The translations under genes and the position numbers were made by a program. From an uncultured Clostridia bacterium (GTDB taxonomy: Bacteria; Bacillota; Clostridia; Oscillospirales; UBA644), in the NCBI GenBank assembly GCA_947305805.1, contig CAMZEM010000002.1:220-64219 (forward strand): a DNA stretch of 64,000 nt, in the 5' to 3' direction. The notes below the pieces were generated by a model. That model searched no databases and was not told the DNA's origin. It worked only from the letters and a program-made list of their open reading frames with translations. Of the stretch, positions 61,347 to 64,000 are shown piece after piece (within the stretch, counting starts at the first letter, position 1; each line of letters opens with the position of its first letter).

Positions 61347-62370
61347 CTCCTGTCTCGTATGTTCTTATATACGCCTCAAGTATGTTTGCCGCGCTTTCAA
61401 CGTCTTCCATATCTCCGACTTCGACGGGGGTGTGCATATAGCGGATGGGAATGGAAATAAGCCCCGTTCTCACTCCGTTGCCTATATACGGTATTGTATC
61501 CGCATCGGTGCCGTAAGCCGCTCCGTTTGCTTCATACTGGTGTTTTATGTTGTTTTCTTTTGCGGCTTTGTCTACGGCTTTCATAAGCTTTCTGTCAAAA
61601 AAGCTCGAGAACTCAATAACAGCGCCTTCGCCGAGACCGTGACCCTGAGCATCCGCCTGCTTTGCAAAAGTAACGTCCAAAACGAGCGCTTCGTCGGGCT
61701 CAATGCCGTATGTTCCCACCGTGGCGCCTCTCGAACCGACTTCTTCTTCGGATGCGAAAAGCACAACTATGCAGCAGTCGAGCTCTTTGTGGTCTATAAG
61801 CTTCTTAAGCTTTTTAAGCGCTGTGAGAATAGCAAAGCAGCAGAGCTTGTTGTCAAGCGCTTTTGATGCGAATCTTCCGTTCAGAAGCTCCGTTACGGGC
61901 GCTTTTACCCGAACTCTGTCACCGATTTTTACAAGTTTTTTAACCTCTTCAGCTTTAAGACCGAGGTCAATATAGATATCCTTGTATTCGGGTACTTTGT
62001 TTGCCTGACCGGGTTTTGCGAGATGCGGAGGCGTTGAACAGATTATTCCGTCCAAACCCGCAACGGTAACCTCGGCGGAAGCAAGCGTTCTTCTGTCTAC
62101 GCCGCCAACCTTGTATACGTTGAGAAAACCTTCGTCCGTAATACCGGTAACGATCATGGAAAGCTCGTCCTGGTGAGCGGTCAGCATTATTTTCTTTTTC
62201 GTGCGGTCGCCGATATAGGCGATCACGTTGTGCATTCTGTCAATGCTTATGTTTTCGGGACCGGTGTATTTTTCGAGCAGTTTTGCGCAGTATTCCGCAA
62301 ATTCGCGTTCGTTGCCGCATTCCGACTCAACGAGAAGCAGCTGCTCGAGATCCTTGAATTTTGCCGTCAC
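61336..62370 (-). CDS. M42 family metallopeptidase (paralogue 1)
   Basis: 344 aa. TAHQDELSM, LDNKLC (the usual Asp-Asp-Arg is altered to DNK), SEEEVGSRGA and YMHTP. Overlaps the next gene by 11 nt. Confidence 0.75.
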   Translation of the reverse strand: MTAKFKDLEQLLLVESECGNEREFAEYCAKLLEKYTGPENISIDRMHNVIAYIGDRTKKKIMLTAHQDELSMIVTGITDEGFLNVYKVGGVDRRTLASAEVTVAGLDGIICSTPPHLAKPGQANKVPEYKDIYIDLGLKAEEVKKLVKIGDRVRVKAPVTELLNGRFASKALDNKLCCFAILTALKKLKKLIDHKELDCCIVVLFASEEEVGSRGATVGTYGIEPDEALVLDVTFAKQADAQGHGLGEGAVIEFSSFFDRKLMKAVDKAAKENNIKHQYEANGAAYGTDADTIPYIGNGVRTGLISIPIRYMHTPVEVGDMEDVESAANILEAYIRTYETGVED

Positions 62371-62408
62371 TTTATCACCTTTTTTCCTTTATTTTGCAGT
62401 TATGCTGT

Positions 62409-63779
62409 TTACAGCCCGTTTACAAGCTGTTTGTAATGTTTTCCGCGTTCCTCAAAGTTTTTGTAGCAGTCAAACGACGCGGAAATGGGGGAAAGATAAA
62501 CTATGTCGCCGCTTTTTGCGCAGTTGTGAGCCTTTTTTACCGCATCTGCCATGCCGTCGGCAAATTCGATAACGGTTGCGGCGGGATCGTATCCTTCGCA
62601 CTCGGTTACGGCTTTGTATATCTTCTGAGCCGTCTGCCCCGTAAGAATCATATGTTTTACGTATTTTACGATATACGGAGCAACGTCCGCATAATTGAGG
62701 TTTTTATCCGAACCTCCGCTTATGGTTATTATGCGCTGTTTCTGGCTTTTAAGACATGCTATAACGGCGGTGGGGGAGGTGGCTATGGAATCGTTGTAAT
62801 ACTTTACGCCGTCCTTTTCCCTTACAAACTCCATTCTGTGTTCAACGCCCGAAAACTCTTTTGCCACTTTTCTTAAAGTTGAAATATCCGCAAACCCCCA
62901 CGTTGCGCATACGGCAGCCATGAAATTTTCAACGTTGTGGTCTCCGGGGAGTTTTATCGTATCTCTGTGGAAAAGAAGTACGGAGCCCGTTTCGTCTTTA
63001 TGAACGATAAACCCGTTTTCGTTTAAAAACGCTCCTCTGTCCTGCGGCGTTTTCATAGAGAAAAACTCCGTTTTTCCGTTTGCGTCTGCCGCAAGGGCAA
63101 GCGTTGTGGCGTAATCGGCGTTAAGAATGAGCTTTCCGTTTTTATTCTGATATCTGAAAACGTTCTTTTTCGCTTCGGTATACTCTTCCATGGATTTATG
63201 CCAGTTCAGATGCTCTTCAACGATATTCGTTATTACCGCGGTATCCGCGCTGACAGTCATATCGGACAGCTGAAACGACGAAAGCTCCGCAACGACGATA
63301 TCGTCTTTTTTTATCTGCGCTATGCGGGGAAGAAGAGGAGTGCCTATATTGCCGCCGAGAAAAACGTTATATCCCTGCTCTTTAAGAATTGTGTAAATAA
63401 GCGTGGTGGTTGTAGTTTTTCCTTCGCTTCCCGTAACGGCGATTATTCTGCACGGGCAAAGCTCGAAAAAAAGCTGCATTTCGCTCGTTATTTTCGTGCC
63501 GTTTTTCTCCGCCGCGGCAAATTCGGGGATATCTCTTCTCATGCCGGGCGTTTTGAAAATAAGAGTATCGGTGAGATTTTCAAGATATTTTTCGCCCGTA
63601 ACGAAATTTACGCCGTCAAATTCCGCAAAAGCTTCTTTTTCCGGCTCTTTTCTGTCTCTTACGGTTACGTACGCTCCGTATTCCGAAAGCATTTTCACAA
63701 AAGGACGGTTGCTTACGCCGAAGCCGACGACCGTAACGCTTTTGCCTTTCAGAGAGGAAAAGTACTCTTTGTAGTCCAT
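62409..63779 (-). CDS. murD: UDP-N-acetylmuramoyl-L-alanine--D-glutamate ligase
   Basis: 456 aa. N-terminal Rossmann VVGFGVSN, P-loop VTGSEGKTTTT and the Mur ligase central and C-terminal domains. Confidence 0.9.
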   Translation of the reverse strand: MDYKEYFSSLKGKSVTVVGFGVSNRPFVKMLSEYGAYVTVRDRKEPEKEAFAEFDGVNFVTGEKYLENLTDTLIFKTPGMRRDIPEFAAAEKNGTKITSEMQLFFELCPCRIIAVTGSEGKTTTTTLIYTILKEQGYNVFLGGNIGTPLLPRIAQIKKDDIVVAELSSFQLSDMTVSADTAVITNIVEEHLNWHKSMEEYTEAKKNVFRYQNKNGKLILNADYATTLALAADANGKTEFFSMKTPQDRGAFLNENGFIVHKDETGSVLLFHRDTIKLPGDHNVENFMAAVCATWGFADISTLRKVAKEFSGVEHRMEFVREKDGVKYYNDSIATSPTAVIACLKSQKQRIITISGGSDKNLNYADVAPYIVKYVKHMILTGQTAQKIYKAVTECEGYDPAATVIEFADGMADAVKKAHNCAKSGDIVYLSPISASFDCYKNFEERGKHYKQLVNGL

Positions 63780-63804
63780 AATTATCTCCGTAACGGAATA
63801 CGGT

Positions 63805-64000
63805 TTATTCCGCCGCTCTTACAATTGCGGCAAAGTCGTCGGATTTAAGGCTTGCGCCGCCGATAAGTCCGCCGTCAACGTCGTATTTTTCAAGAAGCTC
63901 TTTTGCGTTTTTCGCATTCATCGAACCGCCGTACTGAATAGTTGTGCCCTCCGCAGTCTCTTCGTCGTAAAGACCGCAAAGCACGTCTCTTAATATTTTG
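63805..64000 (-). CDS. tpiA: triosephosphate isomerase (3' part only; gene continues beyond window)
   Basis: Not in the ORF track. The reverse strand reads ...[45 protein letters not shown], which is the conserved TIM C-terminus ([14 protein letters not shown]). Confidence 0.85.
   Translation of the reverse strand, partial: KILRDVLCGLYDEETAEGTTIQYGGSMNAKNAKELLEKYDVDGGLIGGASLKSDDFAAIVRAAE

Overview
The gene content and codon style look like a chromosomal segment from a low-to-mid GC Firmicute, probably a Clostridia or Oscillospirales-like anaerobe. That taxonomic call is inference only. Most of the window is ordinary housekeeping on both strands: VanY-type carboxypeptidase, GNATs, pyrC-pyrF, addB-addA, uvrC, efp, mnmA-nifS, murD, tpiA, rsmE, cimA, uxaC, an ABC exporter pair, HtrA, an M16 peptidase and three tandem M42 peptidases. 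Anaerobe oxidative-stress genes are frequent: an FprA-Hrb fusion flavodiiron protein, a 53-aa rubredoxin missing from the ORF track, a gpx-ohrR operon with a recognisable operator, and rubrerythrin. I found no rRNA, CRISPR array, transposase, integrase or prophage genes. The only accessory-looking stretch is about 12.7-19.3 kb. It holds an intact tRNA-Ser(UGA), an inverted decayed copy of that tRNA's 3' part plus terminator, and an XRE-HTH/TPR-like regulator between the two. It also holds my best candidate for an undescribed system, a tightly coupled minus-strand operon at 19193->15386 that may read through into rubrerythrin. This operon encodes a membrane-anchored NERD-like protein followed by two paralogous MutS-type ATPases. 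Both lack mismatch-binding and nuclease domains, and both carry Asn in place of the Walker-B Asp. Secondary curiosities are a ThyX-fold protein with no RHR motif that overlaps the 3' end of addA, a secreted protein with a seven-fold aromatic repeat, and a His/Asp/Glu-rich zinc-ribbon protein after efp. All functional calls come from motif recognition by eye. No database search or folding computation was possible.
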